A DNA stretch of 64,000 bases, taken from an uncultured Fimbriimonadaceae bacterium (GTDB lineage: Bacteria > Armatimonadota > UBA10988). A program made the translations under genes and the position numbers. Below the pieces are notes generated by a model. The model was not told the origin of the DNA, did not search any database, and saw only the letters and a program-made list of their open reading frames with translations. How positions within the stretch are numbered: the stretch's first letter is position 1; every line of letters begins with the position of its first letter. The stretch covers positions 4,888-68,887 of the forward strand of contig CAZHGD010000011.1 of the NCBI GenBank assembly GCA_964531735.1, given 5' to 3'. Shown here piece by piece: positions 9,136 to 19,027 of this stretch.

Positions 9136-11367
9136 ATGCTCGTCTTGGTTGTCGCCGGTCTGGCCGCCCTCGTGCTGGGTGCGCCGCCAACGGTCGCTCC
9201 GCTCACGCTGAGCGCCCAGAGCATCGCGTGCGGCGAGCGGCTCGAGATCACTGCCAGCGTCACCGCGCGGTTCGACAACCCGTCCGACCCGCGCGAGATC
9301 GCCGTCGACGGTCTGTTCGTCTCGCCCGACGGACGAACGGTCACGGTGCCGGCGTTTGTCTACCAGGAGGCTCGTCGGCAGCGCGACGCGAAAGGGCGCG
9401 AGAGTGTCGACCTGGTCGGGCAACCGACCTGGAAGCTGCGGTTCGCGCCGCGCCAGGTGGGGCAATGGCGCCTGCGCCTGCGCGCCAAGGACCGCGACGG
9501 TGAGACGACCAGCCCGGAAGCCACCTTCACCGCGACGCCGGGCACCGGCCATGGCGTCATTCGGCGGGCCGCCGGCACGCGGTACTTCGAGCACGCCGAC
9601 GGGACGCCGTTCTTCCCGATCGGCCACAATGTGGCCTGGTCGCACGCCGGCGGTACTTTCGACTTCGAGCAGTGGCTGACGCCGCTGCCCGCCCACGGCG
9701 TCAACCTGGCGCGCATCTGGCTCCAGTGGGACCGCAACCTGTCGCTCGAGTACAAGGGCCCGCGGTCGGGCTGCGGCCGCTACGACCTGGCCAATGCCTG
9801 GCGCATGGACCAGGTGCTCGACACCTGCCGCCGGCTGGGCATCCGGGTGCTGTTCACCCTCGATTCGCCCGAACCGTATCAGAAAGAGCACTACTGGTTA
9901 GGCAAGCTGACCGGCCGGCCATGGACCGACTTCTGTGCCCACAACGTGGCCAACGGCGGGCCGCTGAAGGAGCCGCGCGAGTTCTACACGACCGACGAGG
10001 GCCGGCGGCTGATCCGCCAGCGGCTACGCTACATCGTGGCGCGCTGGGGCTGGGACGACAACCTGTTCTGCTGGGAGCTGTGGAACGAGCTGAACGTGTT
10101 CCCCGAGTGGGACAAGCTGGTCCCCCAGATCGCCGCTTGGCACCGCGAGATGGCCGGCTACCTGCGCCGCCTCGATCCGGCCGGGCACCTGATCACCACC
10201 AGCTTCACCAACGCCGAAGGGCATCCTGACATCTGGAGCCTGCCAGAACTCGACTTCGTGCAGTCGCATGTCTACAGTTCGGTCGACCTGGCGGGCGACT
10301 TCCCCAAGGTGACCCGTCTGATGGGCGAGCGCTACCAACGACCGCACCTCTACGGCGAGTTCGGTACCCGCTTCGACTGGCTGAACCAGCTCGACCAGCT
10401 CGATCCGGCCGGCGTCCACGTCCACAACATGATGTGGTCGGCCATCATGGCCGGGTCGGCCGGCACCCCGTTGAGTTGGTGCTGGGAGTACCTCGACAAG
10501 TCGCGGGTCTACCAGCGCTATGGCCCGCTGGCCAAGTTCACCGCCGGCGTCCGGTGGCCGAGCGAGGGCTTCCGGCCGCTGTCCGTGCGCTTCGCCGCCG
10601 CGCCCGGCACGGCCGCGGGCCCGCCGCGCGACCTGGTGCTGCCGTGCGGTCAAGGCGCGCCGGTAGGCGACCGCGTCGAACTCGACCTGAGCGACCCGCC
10701 TTCCGCCCTGGGACGGTTCTACCTCTACGGCCAGGCGCAGGCGGCCCAGCAGAAGCCGCGCGTGGTCGCGGTCACCGTGCCGCAGGACTGCCGCCTGGTG
10801 GTCAACATCGGCCGGGTGTGGGTCAAGGGCATCCTGGAGGTCCAGCTCGATGGACGGCCGGTGTTCCGCGAGGAGCTGCCCGCCGGACCGCCCGGGCAGG
10901 GCCGGTACAAGACGGCCGTATTCGACCAGCAGTGGAAGATCTGGGGCTCGGACTACGACCTCGAGGTGCCCATCGAGCTGCCGGCCGGCCGGCATGAGGT
11001 GTCGCTCTACAACGCCGGTGCCGACGGCATCACCATCGATCGCGTCTCGATCAGCCACTGTCTGGTGGGCCCGGCCAGCGCGCTGCGCGGCTACGGTTTG
11101 GCCGGCCGGACCATGGCCATGGCCTGGTTCCAGAACCGTGAGCACTGCCTGCGGAACGTGGCCCAAAAGCGCGAGATCGCGCCGGTGCGCGGCGGACGGG
11201 TGACGCTGAGCGGCCTGCCCGCTGGGCCGTGCACCGTGCAATGGTGGGACACCTGGGCCGGCCGCGCGCTCCGCGAGGAGCGGGCAACGGTGACGGCCGA
11301 GGGCCTGGTGCTGGAGCTGCCGGAGCTGGCGCGTGACGTGGCGGTGAAGGTGCAGCCGGCACGCTGA
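9136..11367 (+). CDS. Secreted glycoside hydrolase (DUF5060-like Ig domain + GH5-like TIM barrel + beta domains)
   Basis: Signal peptide; FDNPSDP..WKLRFAPRQVGQW; FFPIGHN; RYIVARWG..WELWNE; HLYGEFG. Confidence 0.75.
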   Translation: MLVLVVAGLAALVLGAPPTVAPLTLSAQSIACGERLEITASVTARFDNPSDPREIAVDGLFVSPDGRTVTVPAFVYQEARRQRDAKGRESVDLVGQPTWKLRFAPRQVGQWRLRLRAKDRDGETTSPEATFTATPGTGHGVIRRAAGTRYFEHADGTPFFPIGHNVAWSHAGGTFDFEQWLTPLPAHGVNLARIWLQWDRNLSLEYKGPRSGCGRYDLANAWRMDQVLDTCRRLGIRVLFTLDSPEPYQKEHYWLGKLTGRPWTDFCAHNVANGGPLKEPREFYTTDEGRRLIRQRLRYIVARWGWDDNLFCWELWNELNVFPEWDKLVPQIAAWHREMAGYLRRLDPAGHLITTSFTNAEGHPDIWSLPELDFVQSHVYSSVDLAGDFPKVTRLMGERYQRPHLYGEFGTRFDWLNQLDQLDPAGVHVHNMMWSAIMAGSAGTPLSWCWEYLDKSRVYQRYGPLAKFTAGVRWPSEGFRPLSVRFAAAPGTAAGPPRDLVLPCGQGAPVGDRVELDLSDPPSALGRFYLYGQAQAAQQKPRVVAVTVPQDCRLVVNIGRVWVKGILEVQLDGRPVFREELPAGPPGQGRYKTAVFDQQWKIWGSDYDLEVPIELPAGRHEVSLYNAGADGITIDRVSISHCLVGPASALRGYGLAGRTMAMAWFQNREHCLRNVAQKREIAPVRGGRVTLSGLPAGPCTVQWWDTWAGRALREERATVTAEGLVLELPELARDVAVKVQPAR

Positions 11368-11453
11368 ACGGCGCCAGGGCTGCCCAACAAGCCGGGCCGG
11401 GAGTGGCGTGTGCCGCCTCCCGGCCCGGTTCACACGATCTGGCCAGCGAATGC

Positions 11454-12509
11454 CTAGACCGGCACTTCCTTGCCCTCGGCGCTGGAGCGGTAGATGGCAT
11501 CCAGCATCTTCTGCAAGACCACGCCCTGCGCGCCGTCGGTGCGGAGCTTCAGGCTCGGGTCCTTGATGCAGTCGATCAGGTGGGCGTGCTCGGCCGCGTA
11601 GGCGTCCGGCTTCTGGTACAGCGGGCTGATGTCGGCGATGTTGCCGTTGTCCTCGGTGAACAGCTTGATGCTGCTGCCCGGGCTCAACTCGACGCCGCCC
11701 TTGTCACCCATCAGGCGGATGTTGCCGCCTTCGGAGGTGTTGGCCGCCCAGGAGACCTGCAGCACCAGCGAGGCGCCGTTGTCGAAGCGCACGAACGCCG
11801 CGGCCAGATCGTCCACGTCGAACGGGCCGCCCGGCACGCGCGTGCCCCACATGCTCAGGTAGTTGTAGGTGTCCGGATTGTTGCCGAACCGGGCATGAGT
11901 CAGCGCCGAGATGGCGACCGGCTTCGGCTGGCCCATCAGGTAGTGGGTCAGGTCGAGGATGTGGACGCCGATGTCGATCAGCGCGCCGCCACCCGACACG
12001 GCCTTGGTGGTGAACCACGAGCCCAGGCCCGGAATGCCGCGCCGGCGGAAGAGCATCACCGAGGCGTGGTAGATCTCGCCGAGACGGCCGGCGTCGACGT
12101 AGCTCTTGCAGCACTCGCTCTCGCCCTGGAAGCGCATGTTCAGGCCGTAGAGGAGCCGCAGCTTGTTCTTGGCGGCGAGGTCGGCCATGGCCTGCGCCTG
12201 TCCGGCGTTGAGCGCCGGCGGCTTCTCGCACAGCACGTGGCAACCGCCCTCGAGCGCGGCCAGCGTGGCCGGCGCGTGGTAGGCGTTGGGCACGGCCACG
12301 ACCACGACGTCCAGCTTCTCCTTGGCGATCATGTCCTGGAACTGGGCATACCGCGCCGGGATGCTGAACTTGTCCGCCGAGGCGTTGGTAACGGCCTCGG
12401 CCGGGTCGGCGATGGCCGCCATGACCACGTCATCGCGCTGCGCCAGGCGCTCCGCGTGCGTGCGCATGATGGCGCCCGCGCCCACAAATCCGTAACGAAG
12501 TTTCGACAT
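11454..12509 (-). CDS. Gfo/Idh/MocA family oxidoreductase
   Basis: YGFVGAGAI, HVLCEKP, GGGALIDIGVH. Confidence 0.92.
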   Translation of the reverse strand: MSKLRYGFVGAGAIMRTHAERLAQRDDVVMAAIADPAEAVTNASADKFSIPARYAQFQDMIAKEKLDVVVVAVPNAYHAPATLAALEGGCHVLCEKPPALNAGQAQAMADLAAKNKLRLLYGLNMRFQGESECCKSYVDAGRLGEIYHASVMLFRRRGIPGLGSWFTTKAVSGGGALIDIGVHILDLTHYLMGQPKPVAISALTHARFGNNPDTYNYLSMWGTRVPGGPFDVDDLAAAFVRFDNGASLVLQVSWAANTSEGGNIRLMGDKGGVELSPGSSIKLFTEDNGNIADISPLYQKPDAYAAEHAHLIDCIKDPSLKLRTDGAQGVVLQKMLDAIYRSSAEGKEVPV

Positions 12510-12668
12510 GCTCTGTCCTTCTCAAACGCTCACCGGCCTGCGGGGCCCGGTCAGCGTAGTGTAGCAGGATGGTGCGAGTGGGCAACGGCGAGTTGGTGCG
12601 GCCGGCCGGGTCCGCACCAACTCGCATTGGCCACCGCAAAACGCCTCGGCCCGCCGCGCCCGCCGTTC

Positions 12669-13910
12669 CTACGCGCACCGCTCCATCGGCCGTGGCGAGC
12701 AGTGCGCACCGCAGTTGCAGAAGTAGCGGTCCGTGTGCTGGCCGATGCGTTCACTGAACTCCGCCCACATGCGCGGCGATTCCAGGCACAGCGAAATCCG
12801 CGTGGCCGTGCCGTGCGACTGGATCTCGTCGATCAGGAAGGCCAGCATCTCGCGGCGGAACTCGAACGGCAGTGGGCTGCTGTGGTGGCCCTGCCAGTCC
12901 GCGTCGCGACCGTCGTGCTCCCAAAGGGCGACCAGCGCCGGGTCCAGCAGGTCGTCGGCAATGCACGACCGCACCGTGGGGATGTCCATCCAGCCCAGCG
13001 GGCAGAGGCTGATCACGTCGGGCCGGGTGACCTCGAACAAGTGGCGGATCAGTTCGTGGTATTCCTCGCGCCAGTTGCGCACGGGAATGATCGGCGAGAA
13101 GCGGTAGCGCACGGCGTAGCCGGCCTGCTGGCACTTGGCCGCCGCCTCGACGCGTCCGCGGCTGCTGGCGGTGCGCGGCTCCAGGACCGTGGCTTGGGTG
13201 GCCGGCGACAGCGACCAGCAGATCACCGTCTGGCCGTGGTGCGGCAGGTCGAGCATGAAGTCGACGTTGTCGCTCTTGCCCGTGTAGAGCAGCAGCCAAC
13301 GCTCCTGCTCCTGGCCGAAGCGTTCGATCCAGGGCGCCACCGCGTTCCACTCGGGCTCGAAGCAGTTGACGTCGGTCTGGTTGTCCCACTTCCAGATGGC
13401 CTGCTTCGGCGCCTTGGCGAACGCCTCGGGCAGGTGCTCCACCTGCTCTTCGAGGTTGGTGTACAGCCCGATCCCGTCGCCAAACCAGCAGTAGGCGCAG
13501 CGGAACGGGCAGCCCGAGGCCGAGTGGATCTCCCAGGCCGGTTGGCAGATGGTGCCTTGCTTCTCGCGCCACTCCTGCTCGCCATCGACGCGCCAGTTGA
13601 CACTCGAATAGCCCAGCAGGCCGCGGTAGCGCAGTTGCGGCAGGCGCTGTGCGCGCTCGCGCTGCACTTCCGGGCTGTCCCAGCGCGCCCGCACGAAGTA
13701 GAGATCGGGATCTCGTGGCTCGGCGCGCTGGCCCCAGCGCACAAAGCCGTAGGCGCGCTCGGCCAGGAACTCGTTGAGCTGAGTCTCGTCAAGCACCAGC
13801 GGCGTGGCGCCGCCGAGGTGCGGCAGCATCCGCTCGACTCGCGCGGCGCTCAGCGGGTCGGCCATGACCTCGTCGAGCACGACCACGTGTTCGGGTTCCA
13901 GCGACAGCAT
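12669..13910 (-). CDS. Radical SAM protein, spore-photoproduct-lyase-like
   Basis: SGCPFRCAYC CxxxCxxC motif; TGKSDNVD, WSLSP, RFSPIIP resemble the SPL family. Start placed at MLSLEP. Confidence 0.7.
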   Translation of the reverse strand: MLSLEPEHVVVLDEVMADPLSAARVERMLPHLGGATPLVLDETQLNEFLAERAYGFVRWGQRAEPRDPDLYFVRARWDSPEVQRERAQRLPQLRYRGLLGYSSVNWRVDGEQEWREKQGTICQPAWEIHSASGCPFRCAYCWFGDGIGLYTNLEEQVEHLPEAFAKAPKQAIWKWDNQTDVNCFEPEWNAVAPWIERFGQEQERWLLLYTGKSDNVDFMLDLPHHGQTVICWSLSPATQATVLEPRTASSRGRVEAAAKCQQAGYAVRYRFSPIIPVRNWREEYHELIRHLFEVTRPDVISLCPLGWMDIPTVRSCIADDLLDPALVALWEHDGRDADWQGHHSSPLPFEFRREMLAFLIDEIQSHGTATRISLCLESPRMWAEFSERIGQHTDRYFCNCGAHCSPRPMERCA

Positions 13911-14017
13911 CGGTACCTCATCCTGCGTCGGCCGGATTGGAGCACAGTCGCCGCGCGGAGTCAACCCGAAGGACGCGCGGTGCCGGCGCCGAAAAGCAGC
14001 CGTGACCGGAGAGCGCC

Positions 14018-15385
14018 GTGTTGAGCAATCGTTGGTGGGCCGTGTTGGCCGTCTGCGCTGTGGTCGTCGGCCACGGCCGCGCCGAGGCCTGGGGCACCCA
14101 CAACCAGATCACGCGCTGGGCCCTGGACGTGGTGCCGCAGGCGGAGCGCTGGCAGCAGGCGCTCGGACCGGCCAACTGGAAGGCCCTGATCGACTTGAGC
14201 TGGCTGCCTGACCAACTCGATCAGGACCTCGGCAGCTTCTATGCTAACGACTACCTGCTGCTGCGGGCGCTGCCCTACCATGTGGTCACCGTCGACCCGC
14301 CGGTGCGGGTCAGTTGGCCGATCCACTTCCGCCGGTCGCTGCAGGCCCTGCGCACCGAGACGCCGGTGAACGCCGCGCGGCAGATGGGTCCGCTACTGCA
14401 CTTCATCCAGGACCCCGGCGCGCCGTCGCACGCCCACGAGCCCAGCCGGCTACACTTCGAGCGCGAGAACTGGGGGCCGTGCAAAGTCGACATTCGCGAC
14501 TACCAGCCTCGTCTGCTGGGTGCCTCCGACGACGAGGCGGTGCGTGGCCTGGAGCAGCGGATGGACGGCCTGATCGCCTTCGCACGGGCCAAGTCGCTGG
14601 AGGTCTGGCCGCTGGTCACCGCCGCGGCACCCGACCGGTCGAAGATCGATCCCCTGTTGCTGCTCGCCGGCCAGGAGTGTGCCCGGGTGACCGCCGACGC
14701 CGTCTACACGCTGATGACGCTCGGCCTGGCCCCGCAGCCGGCGGGCGGCGCCGTCGAGGGCACCATCAGCGCGCCCGAGATGCCACTCGGCAACAACCAC
14801 GGCGCCCGCGTGGTGCTGCTCGACACCGACTATGCCACCTTGGCCACCACCGCGCCTGGGGCGCCCGTGCCGGGTGGTTGGCGCGGCGAACTACGCTGGC
14901 ACCACCTGCCGGCAGGCACCTACCGCGCCCTGGTCTATCGGACCGCGGCGCGCCCGTGGACGTCGCCGCCGTTCACGGTCAAGGTCGGCGAGACGACGCG
15001 CCTCGAGGCCCAGTTGCCGCCGGCCGAGCCGCTCGGCAACCTGGTCGAGAACCCGGATGGCCGGCTGTGCTATCTGAAGCCCGGCGAGCCCGACCGGTGG
15101 CGTCGCGTGGGCGGGGCCAAGGCGCCGGCCTGGCTGAACATGCCGGTTCGCCTGCTCAAGGGCCACCGCTATCGCCTCGGCCTCACGCTGCGGGACGCCG
15201 GCGCGAAGGCGTATGTGTCGCTGGGCACCGACACCAAACGCGAGGAGCGTGAGTTGGCCAGCGGCGCGGAGCAGACGGTCACCGTCACCGAATCCGGCTG
15301 GACGGCCCGCCTGCGCGTGGCGACGGCGAAGCCCCTGGCCGAGGTGCTCGAGCGGGCCTGGGTGGTGGTGGCCGACGGGCCGTAG
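14018..15385 (+). CDS. Secreted protein: Zn-dependent phospholipase C/S1-P1 nuclease-like domain plus beta-sandwich domains
   Basis: Signal peptide ending AEA then WGTH (Trp1/His Zn ligands), WLPD, LHFIQDPGAPSH, HFE; C-terminal LPAGTYR and NLVENPD segments. Confidence 0.6.
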   Translation: MLSNRWWAVLAVCAVVVGHGRAEAWGTHNQITRWALDVVPQAERWQQALGPANWKALIDLSWLPDQLDQDLGSFYANDYLLLRALPYHVVTVDPPVRVSWPIHFRRSLQALRTETPVNAARQMGPLLHFIQDPGAPSHAHEPSRLHFERENWGPCKVDIRDYQPRLLGASDDEAVRGLEQRMDGLIAFARAKSLEVWPLVTAAAPDRSKIDPLLLLAGQECARVTADAVYTLMTLGLAPQPAGGAVEGTISAPEMPLGNNHGARVVLLDTDYATLATTAPGAPVPGGWRGELRWHHLPAGTYRALVYRTAARPWTSPPFTVKVGETTRLEAQLPPAEPLGNLVENPDGRLCYLKPGEPDRWRRVGGAKAPAWLNMPVRLLKGHRYRLGLTLRDAGAKAYVSLGTDTKREERELASGAEQTVTVTESGWTARLRVATAKPLAEVLERAWVVVADGP

Positions 15386-15497
15386 CCGGTGGCGGTCGGG
15401 CGTCGTGGCGATGGCGCGACCGGCTGCGCCGGGGTACGCGGGCGCGGGGTGCCTCAGGTGTCGCTGGCGACCGGTCGTTCGCGCACGTAGAACCACA

Positions 15498-16610
15498 TCA
15501 AGGTGCCGCCGGCGCTGTCGCTGACAGGTCGGCGACCGGCCGCCGGCGGGCGGCGCTGGTCCAGCGCGGCGGGATCAGCGTGGCTGTGCCGTCCGAGTGC
15601 CGCCAGAGCGCCTGGGTGACGTCGCCACCGTCGAGGTTGACCGCGCCGTGGGCGCCGAGAGCCAGCCAGAAGCGCTGCTCGTCCGGCACCGTCCACCCGC
15701 CAGGCAACGGCCAGAGCCAGGCCAGGGCAAGCAGGCTGAGCCCTTCGGAATCGGGCTCCTTGACCACCAGCAGCCAGAGCTTCCGGCCATCGGCGCTCCA
15801 GCCGATCGAGGTGCGCGAGGTGCGCAGGTAGTCGACATCCGGAATGGGACCCACATCGTCGGCGGTGCAAGGCACCGGGCGGCGCGGCGGCGGTGTGCCC
15901 CGTCGGGGCGGCGCTGAGAGGCGCAGCGGACGAGCACCCCTGACCAGGCATTGTGCGCCACCGGAGGCATCGCGAAAGCGGCCGGCGAGGTCGGTGGGAG
16001 CGGGTTGGAACTGTGTGTCGAGACCGAAACCGGCACCGTCATGGGTCACGCCCACCGTCCAGCGGATCGCCCTCGCCGCCAGCGGTACGCGTCCGTTGAT
16101 GACCACCGGCGTCAGGTGCCGCGGTGGGCCTGGCCGTGAGTACCGCCCGAGATGGTTGAAGAACGGCCCGTTCCAAGCCGCCACGATTGGGCCTCGGCCC
16201 TGGGCTTCCAGGTGGGCGACCGCGCGGCCGGTTCCACGCCACCAGTAGTCGACACGGTCATCCCACGGTCGTGCGTCGTCCTCGTCCTGATCGTACAACT
16301 GGAGGCAGAGACGCGGGTTGGCGCCCTGGTCGAACTCGATGAGGTCGCACCAGGTCCCGTCGGGCGACGACCGGTCGAACCAGTGGGTCACGCCTGGCCA
16401 CGGCCGGTCGATCTGGGCCTGCGGCCAAGGCCAGGCCGCCGCCGCGCTCGGCGCGGCCAAGTCACCACAACTCAGGCTGCGCAACCCGCCGACGAACCGC
16501 CATTTCACGAAAGCCAAGCTGGCCACCACCAGCCCGATAGCGCTCCAGGTCAGCCAGCGGCGGGCACTGGGCGAGTTCGATGGGCCTGTGGCGGCTGGCC
16601 TCGGTGGCAT
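15498..16610 (-). CDS. Phosphodiester glycosidase (NAGPA/DUF2233) family protein
   Basis: RTSIGWS..LWLLVV, GAHGAVNLDGG, AAWNGPFF; N-terminal TM segment. Start uncertain, placed at MPPRP. Confidence 0.7.
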   Translation of the reverse strand: MPPRPAATGPSNSPSARRWLTWSAIGLVVASLAFVKWRFVGGLRSLSCGDLAAPSAAAAWPWPQAQIDRPWPGVTHWFDRSSPDGTWCDLIEFDQGANPRLCLQLYDQDEDDARPWDDRVDYWWRGTGRAVAHLEAQGRGPIVAAWNGPFFNHLGRYSRPGPPRHLTPVVINGRVPLAARAIRWTVGVTHDGAGFGLDTQFQPAPTDLAGRFRDASGGAQCLVRGARPLRLSAPPRRGTPPPRRPVPCTADDVGPIPDVDYLRTSRTSIGWSADGRKLWLLVVKEPDSEGLSLLALAWLWPLPGGWTVPDEQRFWLALGAHGAVNLDGGDVTQALWRHSDGTATLIPPRWTSAARRRPVADLSATAPAAP

Positions 16611-16616
16611 GGTGTG

Positions 16617-16645
16617 AGTATGCTCGATTCCGCCGCGGCCGTCCA
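16617..16645 (-). promoter_or_regulatory. TGGACG-N17-CATACT promoter, 6 nt before ATG 16610
   Basis: Sequence spacing read directly. Confidence 0.45.
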
Positions 16646-16761
16646 TGTCGGAGTGGTAACCGCGGTGCCGCTGGGGTAGGCTGCCCGCCGGTGTCGAGCG
16701 GCGCTGCCACTTGCCATGGGCTGCGTCGGTCGCCGACATGGGCACCGCAGGCGCTCAGCGG

Positions 16762-16790
16762 TTGACCCTCTCCGCCGGCCACGATACGCT
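16762..16790 (+). promoter_or_regulatory. Sigma70-type promoter TTGACC-N17-TACGCT
   Basis: Canonical spacing; GTG 2 nt and ATG 8 nt downstream. Confidence 0.6.
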
Positions 16791-16792
16791 CT

Positions 16793-17983
16793 GTGACCAT
16801 GCCCGCATCCACAGACCATACCATCCTGGCCGGCGCCGCGGCCGTCGAGGTGACGCCGCCGGTGGGTTGCCACCTGGCCGGGTTCGGCCACAACCGCCGC
16901 GCCGAGACGGTTCACGACCCGCTCTGGGCGCGGGCGTTGACGCTGCAGGCCGGACGCCAGACCGTGGTGCTGGTCAGCGTGGACTGCCTGGGGCTCCTGG
17001 CCGTGGACGCCGAGGCGATCGCCTCGCGGGCCGGCTTGCGCGTCGGGCAACTGGTGGTGTGCGCCACGCACACCCACTCGGGCCCCGACACCCTCGGCCT
17101 GTGGGGCCCCGACGACCAGACGAGTGGCTGTGAGCCGGCGGTGGTGGCCGACCTGCTCGACGGCGCCGCGACCGCGGTGGCGCAAGCGTTGGGCGCCTTG
17201 CGCCCGGCCTTGCTGACGTTCACCCGGGCCACCGCCCCGCCGCGATGCGCGGTCAACCTGCGCGACCCCGACAGCGTCGACCCAGAGATCGCCGTCCTGC
17301 ACTGCGGCGATGCCGGCACCGGCCGGGCCATCGGCACGCTGGTCAACTGGGCCTGCCACCCCGAGGTCTTGCAGCACCGCAGCCAGGCCATCTCGTCCGA
17401 CTTCGTCGACCCGCTGCGCCGGCGTCTCGAGGAGACGCTCGGCGGCGTGACGGTGTTCGCCAACGGCGCGCTGGGCGCCATGGTGAGCCCGGCGGCGGCG
17501 GGCGACGGGTTCGACGAGGCGACGCGGATCGGGCAGGCGGTGGCCGACGAGGTGGTCATCGCCCTGCGCGCGGCCGAAGAGGTGGTGGAGGAGACCACGC
17601 TGGCGGTGGCCACGCGCGAAGTGGCCATCCCGCTCGACAACGACACCTTCCGCGAGGCGAGCCGCCACGGCGTGCTGCGCCGGCCGGTCGGCGACCTCGA
17701 CTACCTGACCACCACGGTGACCGCCTGGTCGCTCGGACCGGCGACGCTGCTGATGGTGCCGGGCGAAGCCCAGCCGGTACTGGGCCGGCGCTGGAAGCGC
17801 ATGATGAGCCGCCGGCACCGGTTCGTCATCGGGCTGGCCAACGACGAGCTGGGCTATATCCTGCGGCCCGACGACGCACGCAACGAGCGCTACGCCTACG
17901 AGGCCGCCGTGTCGTGCGGCGTCGAGACCGGCTACCTCCTGCACGAGGCCGTGCAGCGCGTGCTGGCCGCTGTGGACGGCTGA
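16793..17983 (+). CDS. Neutral/alkaline ceramidase-like hydrolase
   Basis: VTPP..LAGF..HDPLWARAL, ATHTHSGPD, VNWACHPE, VPGE, IGLANDELGY. ATG 16799 is an alternative start. Confidence 0.7.
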   Translation: MTMPASTDHTILAGAAAVEVTPPVGCHLAGFGHNRRAETVHDPLWARALTLQAGRQTVVLVSVDCLGLLAVDAEAIASRAGLRVGQLVVCATHTHSGPDTLGLWGPDDQTSGCEPAVVADLLDGAATAVAQALGALRPALLTFTRATAPPRCAVNLRDPDSVDPEIAVLHCGDAGTGRAIGTLVNWACHPEVLQHRSQAISSDFVDPLRRRLEETLGGVTVFANGALGAMVSPAAAGDGFDEATRIGQAVADEVVIALRAAEEVVEETTLAVATREVAIPLDNDTFREASRHGVLRRPVGDLDYLTTTVTAWSLGPATLLMVPGEAQPVLGRRWKRMMSRRHRFVIGLANDELGYILRPDDARNERYAYEAAVSCGVETGYLLHEAVQRVLAAVDG

Positions 17984-18085
17984 CCCGCCGGTGCGGTTGG
18001 CGAACGCGCGGTTCGACCCGCGAACGCTGTTCGCAAGACGCACGCCGGTCGCGGGAAACCCGCTCTGAGAGCGCATGTCTACTGA

Positions 18086-18976
<891 letters not shown>

Positions 18977-19027
18977 CCGGAAGGGCCAAGCACGCGGCTG
19001 CCGAAGCCCCACCGCCAGGAGTCTGGC

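Noticed and set aside
18001-18034. Possible LexA SOS boxes (CGAAC..GTTCG)
   Set aside because: Spacers are 5 and 3 nt, not the 4 nt of the Firmicutes/Actinobacteria/Chloroflexi box. Kept only as part of the hairpin-array finding.
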